From an uncultured Bacteroides sp. (GTDB lineage Bacteria; Bacteroidota; Bacteroidia; Bacteroidales; Bacteroidaceae), in contig CAYZVH010000001.1 in assembly GCA_964481755.1 (NCBI GenBank), positions 2,337 to 66,336 on the forward strand: a stretch of DNA of 64,000 bases, written 5' to 3'. The notes below the pieces were generated by a model. It made no database searches. It was given only the letters and a program-made list of their open reading frames with translations, and was not told the DNA's origin. Position numbers and translations under genes: made by a program. Position 1 is the stretch's first letter, and every line of letters begins with the position of its first letter. Positions 16,520 through 25,866 of this stretch are shown here, in pieces.

Positions 16520-19045
16520 TTACTCCTTCGTCACACGGTCTATAGCCTTTATCGTGTAATCAGCCTGATACTTATCCATCTGCGAAGAGAGCATCGACTT
16601 TGTCTTCACCAGCAGCGAACGCACTTTCTGCAGCTTCTCCAACAAGATGGGGGTAAGGTCGGTCGTCGGGTAATAGTCGATAGACGTCACAGGGCCCATG
16701 ACCTTACTCTCCGCCTCATCCTGCTCATCCGCTACAGAGGCAATCTGTGCCTCGCCGTGTTCCAGTTTGGACTTGTTAATGCTGGAAAGCATTTCGCTTT
16801 GGGTGATGAGATAGGTGACCAGCGTATGTGCGCACTGTAAATCCTCAGTGGTAGGTTTGCGACCGGCTTTCACCGTACGGAAGCAACAGTCGATGATGTC
16901 GTCCAGCAAGTCACTCTGCGTATAAGGTTTGTCCGCATGATGGATGCTCATATCCATATAGGGCAACTTATAGCCCATCGTCAACTGTAGAGGGAACTGC
17001 TTACGTCTCACCCACCCTGCCACATCGGAGCTAGGGCTGGCGGAGTAGAAGAACTCCGGATTGCTGTTGAGCCACGAGGCATCGTTCAGCTCGGTGAAGA
17101 CAGCCTTCACGGCCTCCCGTTGTTTATCACGGGGAACAGCACGCGTCAGGGGTGTCTGTTGCACATCCTGTCCCATATACTCGTCGAAATAGACGCCACC
17201 GATGAAGGCAGTCACCGTCTGCAACAGACTGAAGTAATCGTTGATGACAAACTCGGGGAACAGTTCGCGATAGCTGTCGGGCAGTTCACTGTAAACAGTC
17301 CACTCGGGCGCATGCTTCGCCAAGTAACGATAGTGTTGCATCATGTTGCGTGCTGCCTGCAGCGGGTCGCTACTCATATCGAAATTCTGGCAACGTGGGT
17401 CAGAGGCGTAGCGGAAAGCCCTTCTACCATAGAAGTAACGTTCATCGCCTACGTGGCTCTTCACCCATTGTCGCAAGGTGTCTTCCGGCACATTTGGGGT
17501 GTAGAGGTACTTCACCACAAAGTCGTCGTACACGCCGGGATGGTTGTAGGTGAGCACTACCCCTTTCTCCTTGTCGCCGGGCATAGCCACATAGTTGTAA
17601 ATCTGTCCGTCCATCACGGAGGCGGAGATGCCGTACTTTTGGGTAAACTCAGGCGAGCGGAGTTGCTCGGGAGTGTAGGCAGCCGAACCAGCGAGGTTCG
17701 TAGTGAGTCCCAACGCATGACCGAAGGCCGTGAGCATGCGTGCTTGCAGAATCTCGGCCAAGAGGTCGTCGGGCAGGTCGTAGCAACGGTAGCGTTCATC
17801 GGTCTCGGCCATCTTGCAGATACCGTAGCGGCGCACATCCTCGGCCAAGTTACGGGGCACGTAGATGTGTGTGCTCAGTATCTCACCCGTCCGCGGGTCC
17901 ACGGGGGAGGAGAAGGTCACCGTCTGGCTATTGCTGTTGGCGAAGTGGATGATATTCTCCAACGGGTCCGCCGCACTGAAGGTGGAGTCGTTGGGGAAGG
18001 GAAGCAACCGGATGGGTCGTCCGAGTCCGGCCTTGTCGAAGGAGTCGTTCCATCCCTCGGCAACACGCCGTATCGCTTCGGTCCACGAAGCTGAGAGCAG
18101 GCTGTCCACATAGAAGGTAATGGTATCGCCCGGAGTGAAGTTCCGTCGGTCGGCATAGTAGCCCTCCTTCACCTGCTCCAGGTTGCGGTAGTCATTGTAC
18201 TTCACCATGTGGGTGCCCACCGCAGCATTGGCTTCACGGGGAGTCATGCACTGGTCGTCAGCGGGCAACAGGGTCAGCAGGGTCTGCAACGTACCTTGGA
18301 AAGCCGGTTTGTCTGAGAGCTCACCCATGAAAGAGCCATTGATGGACAGCTCACCTGTAACCGATTGCTCCAGACAGACGCAACGGCGAAAAGCCTTCAC
18401 ACCCGTGAGGAATGAGAGTGATCTCTTCAAGGAGCACGATTTCACTTTCGCGCCCACATCATAGGGAATACCTTCGGGGTCGAACACCTCTTTATTAGAG
18501 GCATTCAGGAAATCCGACACTTCCACCAACACAGCGGTGGAGTCGTTGTTCCAAGCTTCGATAGACGCTGTGCGGAAGACGGCGCTGGCTCCGGAGAGCG
18601 CAAAAGCCTTCGGTGTGGTCTGGTCGCCTTCGGATACACGGTAATTGACCTTAGGTTGACAGAATGTGAGCAGCGTGTCGGCCCGGTTGACAGAGAATAC
18701 CAGCTGTTCGTTTACATTGCGGCCTACCATCAGCGGAAGGTTGGCCTCCACGATGCTCGACGACATGAGGTATACACGTCCTAGGTTACGCACGGGAAAC
18801 TCCGCATAGACTTTGCCATCGTAGAGGAAGAGCGAGAGGTCTTGCTGCTGTGCCAGTGTCAACTTATCCTTCTTCTTGAAGATTTTCGAATAAGGCCGTG
18901 AGGCATCCGCCGAGTCTTTAGCCACATCGGTCGTCTTTGCCTTGGCCGACTTCTTCTGTCGGCGTGCCTCGGCAGGCTGAGCGAACATGAACGCCAACCC
19001 GACGACCACCGCAAGGCAAGTAAATATCGTTTTGTTCTGTTTCAT
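16520..19045 (-). CDS. Metzincin-family paralog with a degenerate active site (predicted pseudoprotease)
   Basis: Aligns without gaps to the upstream paralog, but HEVGHCLGLMHN is replaced by TAFGHALGLTTN (17696-17731). The signal peptide starts at ATG 19043-19045. Confidence 0.8.
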   Translation of the reverse strand: MKQNKTIFTCLAVVVGLAFMFAQPAEARRQKKSAKAKTTDVAKDSADASRPYSKIFKKKDKLTLAQQQDLSLFLYDGKVYAEFPVRNLGRVYLMSSSIVEANLPLMVGRNVNEQLVFSVNRADTLLTFCQPKVNYRVSEGDQTTPKAFALSGASAVFRTASIEAWNNDSTAVLVEVSDFLNASNKEVFDPEGIPYDVGAKVKSCSLKRSLSFLTGVKAFRRCVCLEQSVTGELSINGSFMGELSDKPAFQGTLQTLLTLLPADDQCMTPREANAAVGTHMVKYNDYRNLEQVKEGYYADRRNFTPGDTITFYVDSLLSASWTEAIRRVAEGWNDSFDKAGLGRPIRLLPFPNDSTFSAADPLENIIHFANSNSQTVTFSSPVDPRTGEILSTHIYVPRNLAEDVRRYGICKMAETDERYRCYDLPDDLLAEILQARMLTAFGHALGLTTNLAGSAAYTPEQLRSPEFTQKYGISASVMDGQIYNYVAMPGDKEKGVVLTYNHPGVYDDFVVKYLYTPNVPEDTLRQWVKSHVGDERYFYGRRAFRYASDPRCQNFDMSSDPLQAARNMMQHYRYLAKHAPEWTVYSELPDSYRELFPEFVINDYFSLLQTVTAFIGGVYFDEYMGQDVQQTPLTRAVPRDKQREAVKAVFTELNDASWLNSNPEFFYSASPSSDVAGWVRRKQFPLQLTMGYKLPYMDMSIHHADKPYTQSDLLDDIIDCCFRTVKAGRKPTTEDLQCAHTLVTYLITQSEMLSSINKSKLEHGEAQIASVADEQDEAESKVMGPVTSIDYYPTTDLTPILLEKLQKVRSLLVKTKSMLSSQMDKYQADYTIKAIDRVTKE

Positions 19046-19055
19046 ATCCGTCTCC

Positions 19056-21656
19056 TTATTTAATACTACTCTCAATGATGCGCAACAGGTAGGTGTAGTG
19101 GGCACGGTCCTGTGCCGTTCCACTCTGTTGCTTACTCTTCACCAGCTGATGTACTTTCTGCAGGTAGGCATACATATCGGCCACTGTCAGTGAGGGAGTG
19201 TTGGAGAATATCTCACGCGGAGATTGCTCGAAGCCACCGACCGGTTTCACAGCATCGGTCCCTGCCAGGGTCGGCAGTTCCAAGTGCGTAGGTTGCTGGC
19301 ACGAACAGAGTGAGTGAAAATGGATGTCACAATCCGCGAGCGACAGGCTGTTCACTCCCTTGGGCAACTTGAATCCACTGTTCTGTATCAAGTGCGTCAG
19401 GTAGTCCTTCTGCAACCTCTTCTCGCTATCGGTAAGCGTACGTCCCTGCACCGTGGGTTTCCATACGAAGTCGTAGACCATCTTCAGCGCCTCATCGGGC
19501 TGCAGACTATTCTCGCCAATCTTGTTGTAGCAGGAGACTACGAGCGGTGCGGAGAAGATATACTGCGACACATACTTCTGCAACGACTGCTTGGGCGAAC
19601 CAGAAAGGGAAATCTTGCTGAGCACCTCTTTGTTGTCTATCCAATCGAGGTCGGAATAGAGGGTAAAGAGATACTCGAGTGCCTCTTTCTGACGCTTCTT
19701 GTCCAGTCCACGCAAGCGGGTCTGTCCGTCGCCGTCCTTCACTTCGTTGAGGTAATAGCCACTCACGTTGCTGGCTACGTGGACGGTGTAAAGGGCATAT
19801 TGGTTGACCATATTGTCCAGAATGGTCGCGCGGCAGGTCATGTCTTCATCCTTACCTTCGAGCCACTGGTTGAGGTTGGCCATAATGTACTTGAGGTTCT
19901 TCACTCCATACTTGGTAGCCTCCACGGCATTGTCGCCCAGGTCCTCGTTCATATTGCGCGGATCGGCAAACGGGTTGGTAAACTGTTGCTTGCCATAGCG
20001 ATAGACTGGACTCTTCTGGATGGAGTCGGTAATCCACTGGGTCATGTACTTCTCCTCTTCCTGCAACGTCATGTCGAGGCAAGGGGTATAGCCCCACTTG
20101 ATGGCGTACCGGTCGTACACGCCGAAGCGGGGAGGTGTCAGTTTCACGCCTCGTTCCTTGTCGCCCGGCTGTGCCACATAGTTGAAACGGGCATAGTCCA
20201 TGATGCTGTAGGTGGTGCCGTACTTCTGTGTGAACTCCGGCGAGCGCAGCTCCTCCACCTTCACGTTGTTGGAGGCACCCATGTTGTGCATCAGTCCGAG
20301 GCAGTGACCCACTTCGTGGCCTATGACGTAGCGGATAGCATCGCCTAGGATGGCTTCGGGCAGCTGATAGCCACGCACGTCCTTATCGGCGGCAGCTGTC
20401 TGCACGAAGAGCCAGTTGTTGATGAGCTTCACGAAGTCGTGGTAGACATAGACCGAAGCCATCAGTATCTCGCCACTGCGGGGGTCAACCCACGAGGGTC
20501 CCATAGCGTTCTTGATGCTGATAGGTGCGTAACGGATGCAGCTGTACTTGATGTTGTCGGGATCGAACGAGGGGTCGTCGGTGGGGAAGTCCTTCGCCAC
20601 CACGGCACCGCGCAGGCGGCATTCCTCCTCGAACACCTGCGACCACATGTTCACGGCTTCCATAATGTAAGGTCTCCACTTGGCAGGGAAGGTATTATCC
20701 ACATAGAAGACCACGGGTTTCACCACGTCCACCACCTCGCCACGCTTCCATGCGGCGGAGTCTTTCGGTTGCAGGTCCCAGCGGTTGGTATAGTACACCG
20801 GCTTGGACGCATGCGGAGCGGGGTTGTATTGCTCACGTTCCGTCACGAAGTAACCGATGCGGTAGTCCGCCATGCGGGGGCGGTAAGGCTCCGGCTTCAG
20901 GAGCATGATGCTGCGTGTCATCTCTGCCGTGAAGGGCTTGTCCTTCAGCACCTGCGCGCCGCTGCGGTCCGACAGCGAGAAGGTGTAGTTGAGCGAGCTC
21001 TTCACCGACACGTTGTCGTCGAAGGCTTTCACGTCCACCAAGTAAGAGTTCTCCGCTTTATAGTTCTCGGTACGGGTGTAGCTCGAGGCATAATTGGAGT
21101 TCGAGTCGAAGGGAGTCATACGTTGGTTGTCGCTCACGAAGAACGAGGTCATGTCGAACACCACAGCCGTGGAGTCCTTGTTCCATGCCGCAATCTTCTG
21201 GTTGGTGAGTATCACGTCCACGTGACTCTTCTGCAGCGCCACGTCAATGGCGGCATCGGAGGTGACATAGTCAGTGTTCACCTCACGCAGCTGCACCTTA
21301 TCCTTGGTGCGCGTGAACTTCACCAGCAACGGTTCGGTCGGTTTGGAGCCGACTATGCCATTGCCGTTGTCGGACACGTTGGACACCGTGGAGCCGATGA
21401 GCATCTCCTTGCCGAAGAGCGACAACGGCAGTTCGAAATAAACTTTTCCATCAATCTGGTGGAGTGTGATGAAGCCATTCTCCACCTTGTGCTTCTTGTC
21501 GAAGAGCTTTTCATAATCTGTTTTCTTGGCCACAGTGTCGGTGGTCTCTGTCTTCTTTTTCTTCTTAGAGAAGATGCGGAGAGGACGCCCTGCCTCAGCC
21601 ACCGAGCTGAGGCAAAGCGCCATCGCAGACATTAAAATTAGGAATCGAGTTTTCAT
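19056..21656 (-). CDS. Secreted zinc-dependent metalloprotease, metzincin type (DUF5117/DUF4953-like, from memory)
   Basis: 866 aa with a signal peptide. The intact HExxHxxGxxH motif GHEVGHCLGLMHN lies at 20283-20321. Confidence 0.8.
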   Translation of the reverse strand: MKTRFLILMSAMALCLSSVAEAGRPLRIFSKKKKKTETTDTVAKKTDYEKLFDKKHKVENGFITLHQIDGKVYFELPLSLFGKEMLIGSTVSNVSDNGNGIVGSKPTEPLLVKFTRTKDKVQLREVNTDYVTSDAAIDVALQKSHVDVILTNQKIAAWNKDSTAVVFDMTSFFVSDNQRMTPFDSNSNYASSYTRTENYKAENSYLVDVKAFDDNVSVKSSLNYTFSLSDRSGAQVLKDKPFTAEMTRSIMLLKPEPYRPRMADYRIGYFVTEREQYNPAPHASKPVYYTNRWDLQPKDSAAWKRGEVVDVVKPVVFYVDNTFPAKWRPYIMEAVNMWSQVFEEECRLRGAVVAKDFPTDDPSFDPDNIKYSCIRYAPISIKNAMGPSWVDPRSGEILMASVYVYHDFVKLINNWLFVQTAAADKDVRGYQLPEAILGDAIRYVIGHEVGHCLGLMHNMGASNNVKVEELRSPEFTQKYGTTYSIMDYARFNYVAQPGDKERGVKLTPPRFGVYDRYAIKWGYTPCLDMTLQEEEKYMTQWITDSIQKSPVYRYGKQQFTNPFADPRNMNEDLGDNAVEATKYGVKNLKYIMANLNQWLEGKDEDMTCRATILDNMVNQYALYTVHVASNVSGYYLNEVKDGDGQTRLRGLDKKRQKEALEYLFTLYSDLDWIDNKEVLSKISLSGSPKQSLQKYVSQYIFSAPLVVSCYNKIGENSLQPDEALKMVYDFVWKPTVQGRTLTDSEKRLQKDYLTHLIQNSGFKLPKGVNSLSLADCDIHFHSLCSCQQPTHLELPTLAGTDAVKPVGGFEQSPREIFSNTPSLTVADMYAYLQKVHQLVKSKQQSGTAQDRAHYTYLLRIIESSIK

Positions 21657-21695
21657 GTAAGGTTCAGAGTTTGTATTAGTAAGCTGCCGTGCGGA

Positions 21696-23372
21696 TTAGT
21701 AACCCGTCGTACAGAAGTCGAGTATCTTTCCAAATCCGGTATAGGTGAGTGCCTTGGTGGCATCCAGTTTGCCGGTACCTATCTGTGTCATGGGAACAAC
21801 TGAAACTGATCCTTCGTAGGTTCCTTTCTGTTCGGCTACCATCACGGCCCTCTTGTTCAGCTCCAGTTCCTCCACGGCAGCGCCTTCGTCCAGTTTGCCT
21901 ACAGCACTGTAGTCGGTCATGTAGGTTCCCTGACAGTAGAGTTTCGCCTTGGAGATAGAGGCTCCTGTGCTGACGGTATAGACAGGCGTTGTGTTTACAA
22001 TAGCCGTGGAGCCTGCGAAGTTGATGGCATAGATAGCCTTGGCCGTTGCCACATAGAGGATAGACTGGTCTACAGCGAAGAAGACGCTCACAGCCTCATC
22101 CAGCAGAGATTTTCCTTCCGCAGGAATCTCGTAGCGCATGCGGGCACTAGCGGGCACTTCCTCCTTGATGGTGGTGATGCTGGTAACATTCCAGTCATCG
22201 TCATATTCGTACTCGTACTCACCCTCCTCGTAACGGACGAAGGTGTAGATGGAATAGTCGCCCGTCGTCTTGTCCTTCATCACGAAGGCAGGGGTGTTTC
22301 CGTCCGTCGTCTGTCCGGCAGCGATGGCTGTCAGTCCAGGCACGTTGGCAGGGTCGAAGAAGGTGTTCGCTGCCAAGTCGGTACCATACGAGGTCAGTGT
22401 ACTACCGCTTTCATAGACAAAAGCGCCTTTGTCGGCATCGTACCACATCACTATTTGGTCGTACACATCGAATGAAGTGGCTGCCATCACCACACCATTG
22501 TCGATGGTGTACTGGCTGGCCGAGGCGTCGTACCATCCGAAGTTGCTATAGTTGATGCCGTTCACCGAATAGATGTACTGATTGGTATTCATGTAGAGCA
22601 GCTGATTGGCAGAGAAGATGTTCACCACCTTCAGTCCTTCGGGAAGATAGGTAACGAGGCCACCCGTGGTGAGTCGGGCCGTTTGCGAATACTTCTCGGT
22701 ATTGAACACTGCCGCATCGCCTTCGGAAGTCACGGCAAAGAGGTTGTTGACGTGTGTCAACACGACGTTGCCCTGTGACTTATAGGAGAGGCTTGTCATC
22801 AGTTGGTCGAAGGGTTCGCCGTTGGCTTTGCTGAGGATGCCGTACGAAACCTTGTCGGCCTTGTCGCCATAGTTCACCGTCAGGTTCTTGCTCATGATGA
22901 GGTTGAGGTCGGAGGTCTTGTCGTCCTTCGTGTCGGACACCACGATACCGTCGAGGAAGGCGCTCTGCACAACCACCTTCCACAGTTTGGTGTATTGCAG
23001 GTCGCTGTTCTTCGTGTCGGTGACCGTCAGACGCAGGTAGTAGGGCTGCGTGGAGATGTCGTTGGTGATGGTCGCGTGGAGGTCGCGCTCCTCGCCCAAG
23101 GTAATCCACTCGGGATCGTTGTCTTTGGGCTCTTCGGTTATCTCCCACAGGTAAGAGAGTCCATCCTCGTTGTCGCCATCGCTGCGTGTCACCGAGGGAG
23201 TGATGTCCAAGTCTTCGAGGTAGCCCACATAGAAGGTGGTCGCCTCATCCGCTGTGGAGATGGCGACATCGGGCAATGTGCGTGTGGCAAGCGTGCTCTC
23301 GTCGTCGTAGCATGAGGTCAGCGACAAGAGGGAAGCCACCATAAATAATGAAAGTATGCTATTCTTTTTCAT
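21696..23372 (-). CDS. PUL-associated surface lipoprotein (PKD-like family lipoprotein, from memory)
   Basis: 558 aa with lipobox LLSLTSC followed by YDDE. It sits after the SusC/SusD/DUF4843-like genes. Confidence 0.55.
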   Translation of the reverse strand: MKKNSILSLFMVASLLSLTSCYDDESTLATRTLPDVAISTADEATTFYVGYLEDLDITPSVTRSDGDNEDGLSYLWEITEEPKDNDPEWITLGEERDLHATITNDISTQPYYLRLTVTDTKNSDLQYTKLWKVVVQSAFLDGIVVSDTKDDKTSDLNLIMSKNLTVNYGDKADKVSYGILSKANGEPFDQLMTSLSYKSQGNVVLTHVNNLFAVTSEGDAAVFNTEKYSQTARLTTGGLVTYLPEGLKVVNIFSANQLLYMNTNQYIYSVNGINYSNFGWYDASASQYTIDNGVVMAATSFDVYDQIVMWYDADKGAFVYESGSTLTSYGTDLAANTFFDPANVPGLTAIAAGQTTDGNTPAFVMKDKTTGDYSIYTFVRYEEGEYEYEYDDDWNVTSITTIKEEVPASARMRYEIPAEGKSLLDEAVSVFFAVDQSILYVATAKAIYAINFAGSTAIVNTTPVYTVSTGASISKAKLYCQGTYMTDYSAVGKLDEGAAVEELELNKRAVMVAEQKGTYEGSVSVVPMTQIGTGKLDATKALTYTGFGKILDFCTTGY

Positions 23373-23391
23373 TGTTCTCAGTTTTTATGAA

Positions 23392-24273
23392 TTAGTACTC
23401 ACGGGCCTCCACAGGCTGACCTTTCAGGTTTCCAGCATCGTGGAGCAGGGGCGTGCCGTGCTCCTCCTCATACTGCTTCAGCCAATCCTTCAGCATGGCC
23501 GCATAGGCTTTGTAGGAGTTGTCGCTATAAATCATATTGTAACGCGGCAGGTACTTGTAGCTCTTGTACGAGGCTGAATTGTACTTGTAGCCGTGTACAC
23601 TGTAGTCGTCCCAGTCGTTCCACCCCGTAGCGGCCACGATGGCGCGCAAGGCATTGGGGCTGTAGCAAGCAAGACTCGTGGATATAAAGCTGGACATACC
23701 CTTGACGAGCATGTTGTACGTACGTTTAATGTTGTTGTGTGGCGGTTCGGGAATCTGGCTGTTCCACGAGAGGTGCGCCCAGACGTATTCGTCCGGTCCC
23801 TCGGCCAACTGGTCGTTACCCTTCAGCGAGATCCAGAGCTCGTAGGTCTCTGTACTCAGTTCCTCCGTGTTCTTGAGGTTCACCTTGATGTATCCGTACT
23901 TCTCGCCGGCGGGAATCACGGCCTCGGTAACCTCGTAGCTGCCTTCGGGGGCGGTGGAGGTCTCCTCTATCACGTAGCTCACCTGGCGGTCGTAGTCCAC
24001 CGTCTTGCCTATCAAGGCCAAGGGGATGGAGTATTCGTATGAGCTTGCGAAGGAGTTTTCGATGAACGAGTAGCTCTCGAACACCGCCTCGTCGGAAGCC
24101 GAGTAGGTGTTGCCGCCCATCGCGTTCTCGCTCTGGCTGAGCGAAGAGGCGAGGAAGCGCACGGCAGCCTTGTCCTCAGCGTATGTGTCGATGTCGTCCT
24201 TGTCGCACGCGGTGAGAGCAAAGAGGGCACCCAATGCAAATATGCCTATTATCTTTTTCATAATCAACTTCAT
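23392..24273 (-). CDS. PUL-associated lipoprotein (DUF4843-like, from memory)
   Basis: 293 aa with lipobox FALTAC followed by DKDD, immediately downstream of SusD. Confidence 0.55.
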   Translation of the reverse strand: MKLIMKKIIGIFALGALFALTACDKDDIDTYAEDKAAVRFLASSLSQSENAMGGNTYSASDEAVFESYSFIENSFASSYEYSIPLALIGKTVDYDRQVSYVIEETSTAPEGSYEVTEAVIPAGEKYGYIKVNLKNTEELSTETYELWISLKGNDQLAEGPDEYVWAHLSWNSQIPEPPHNNIKRTYNMLVKGMSSFISTSLACYSPNALRAIVAATGWNDWDDYSVHGYKYNSASYKSYKYLPRYNMIYSDNSYKAYAAMLKDWLKQYEEEHGTPLLHDAGNLKGQPVEAREY

Positions 24274-24293
24274 TTTAATGGTTTGTCTACTGT

Positions 24294-25844
24294 TTAGTCC
24301 ACTGGGAATTGACGACGTCCAGCCGCTGTCTCATCGTCGGGATAAGGCAATATGTAGCCGAATTCGTTCATGCTGTCGTAGTTGGGGATAGAGGTGGCTC
24401 CCGTACGTTTATAGTAGTAGAAGATCTCTCCCTCGCCCAGGAACTCCTTGCGGTACTCTTTGCCAATCTCAGTAATCACCTCGTCGGCCGTGAGGTTCGT
24501 CAGCGGGGTATAGAGAGCGCGGTTCTCGCGGATGGTGTTGACCAGACTCATGGCCTTCTCGGCATTGCCCTGCTTAGCGTAGCACTCGGCAGCCATGTAG
24601 TAAATCTCTGGCAGACGGATGACGGGCACCCGGTTGGCATAGAAGGTGCTTGTGAGGTTACGCTGATAGAGCTTCAAGGGCACATAGCCTTGCTCGGATG
24701 CACTGAGGTTCTGCGAGAGCAGCACGGTAACGCGCACGTCGGTGGTCGACTCGTCCTCGTCCGGCGTGGCCTCATCGTCATAGATATCCTTCATCTGCGA
24801 CTCGGTCAGGTAGATGGCGTTGTAGTCGGTGTCGGCATACGAGGGGTTGATGTAGCCCTGCATCTTGGTGTCGAGGTCGTTCACACTGATGGCGAAGAGG
24901 GCCTCGTTGATCAGGCTAGCGTTGGCGCGGTTGAGCGTAGCCGGTGTGGAGAAGTTCACGATGAAGGTGTTGCTGTTGTCGAAGCGGATGCTCACACCAT
25001 CGCCCAAGGCACCGATGATATCGTTGCAGAGGGTGAGGGCCGAGGAGAGGCTCGACGAGCTGCCTTCCCACATGTAGACTTGTGCCAACAGAGCCTCCAC
25101 AGCATAGTAGTTGAGGCGGTTGTTGCGGGTGGCGTAGAAGCCATCGTCGTTCACATTCTCGTAATAGGCCACGTCGTGCTTGCCGCAGACAGGGTCATAG
25201 TCCTTGAGCAACTCCAGCGAAGCGTTCAGGTCTTTCACCAAGTCGTTGAAGAACTCCGGATAAGTCACCTGCGGGGCGATGTTCTTGTCGACCGTAGTCA
25301 CATAGGGAATGGTAGGATACGTTTCCAACGCTGTGGACAGGCGTGTCAAGTCACCGAAGCCGTAGAGGCGCAGCAGTTGGAAGTGCATGAAGGCACGCAC
25401 GGCCAGCAGTTCGCCCTTTATCACGTGGTAGTTGATGTCGTCCAGCTCGGCCTTCTTCTCGTCGATGACGGCCAAGGCCTCGTTGGCGTTGACGATGACG
25501 TTGTAGCCTGAGGCCCAGATGTTCTCCACCACGGTCTGACTACGGGTGGTGTTGTAGTTGTGGGACTGGAAGTCGCTTGCCAGCGCGCTGCTCGACGAGC
25601 CGCTGTAGAGACGTGTCTGGTTGGCTATCAGGTCGGGCACGAACCACGAGAGGTTCATGCCATAGAGATTCTCTTCACTCATGGTCAGGTAGCATCCCGT
25701 CAGGGTCTGCTTGAAACCCGAGTCCTTGCTGTAGTGGTCCTTCTCGCGAATCTCGTTGCTGGAGGTCACGTCGAACCAGTCGCTGCAACTGGAGAGGAGC
25801 AGGGTGCCTGCCAGCGCTATGGATAATGCTTTATATAATTTCAT
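24294..25844 (-). CDS. SusD/RagB family outer-membrane lipoprotein
   Basis: 516 aa with lipobox LLLSSC and TPR-like helical content, directly after SusC. Confidence 0.85.
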   Translation of the reverse strand: MKLYKALSIALAGTLLLSSCSDWFDVTSSNEIREKDHYSKDSGFKQTLTGCYLTMSEENLYGMNLSWFVPDLIANQTRLYSGSSSSALASDFQSHNYNTTRSQTVVENIWASGYNVIVNANEALAVIDEKKAELDDINYHVIKGELLAVRAFMHFQLLRLYGFGDLTRLSTALETYPTIPYVTTVDKNIAPQVTYPEFFNDLVKDLNASLELLKDYDPVCGKHDVAYYENVNDDGFYATRNNRLNYYAVEALLAQVYMWEGSSSSLSSALTLCNDIIGALGDGVSIRFDNSNTFIVNFSTPATLNRANASLINEALFAISVNDLDTKMQGYINPSYADTDYNAIYLTESQMKDIYDDEATPDEDESTTDVRVTVLLSQNLSASEQGYVPLKLYQRNLTSTFYANRVPVIRLPEIYYMAAECYAKQGNAEKAMSLVNTIRENRALYTPLTNLTADEVITEIGKEYRKEFLGEGEIFYYYKRTGATSIPNYDSMNEFGYILPYPDDETAAGRRQFPVD

Positions 25845-25866
25845 AAGTTTCTTTCTTGTTTAAGCG

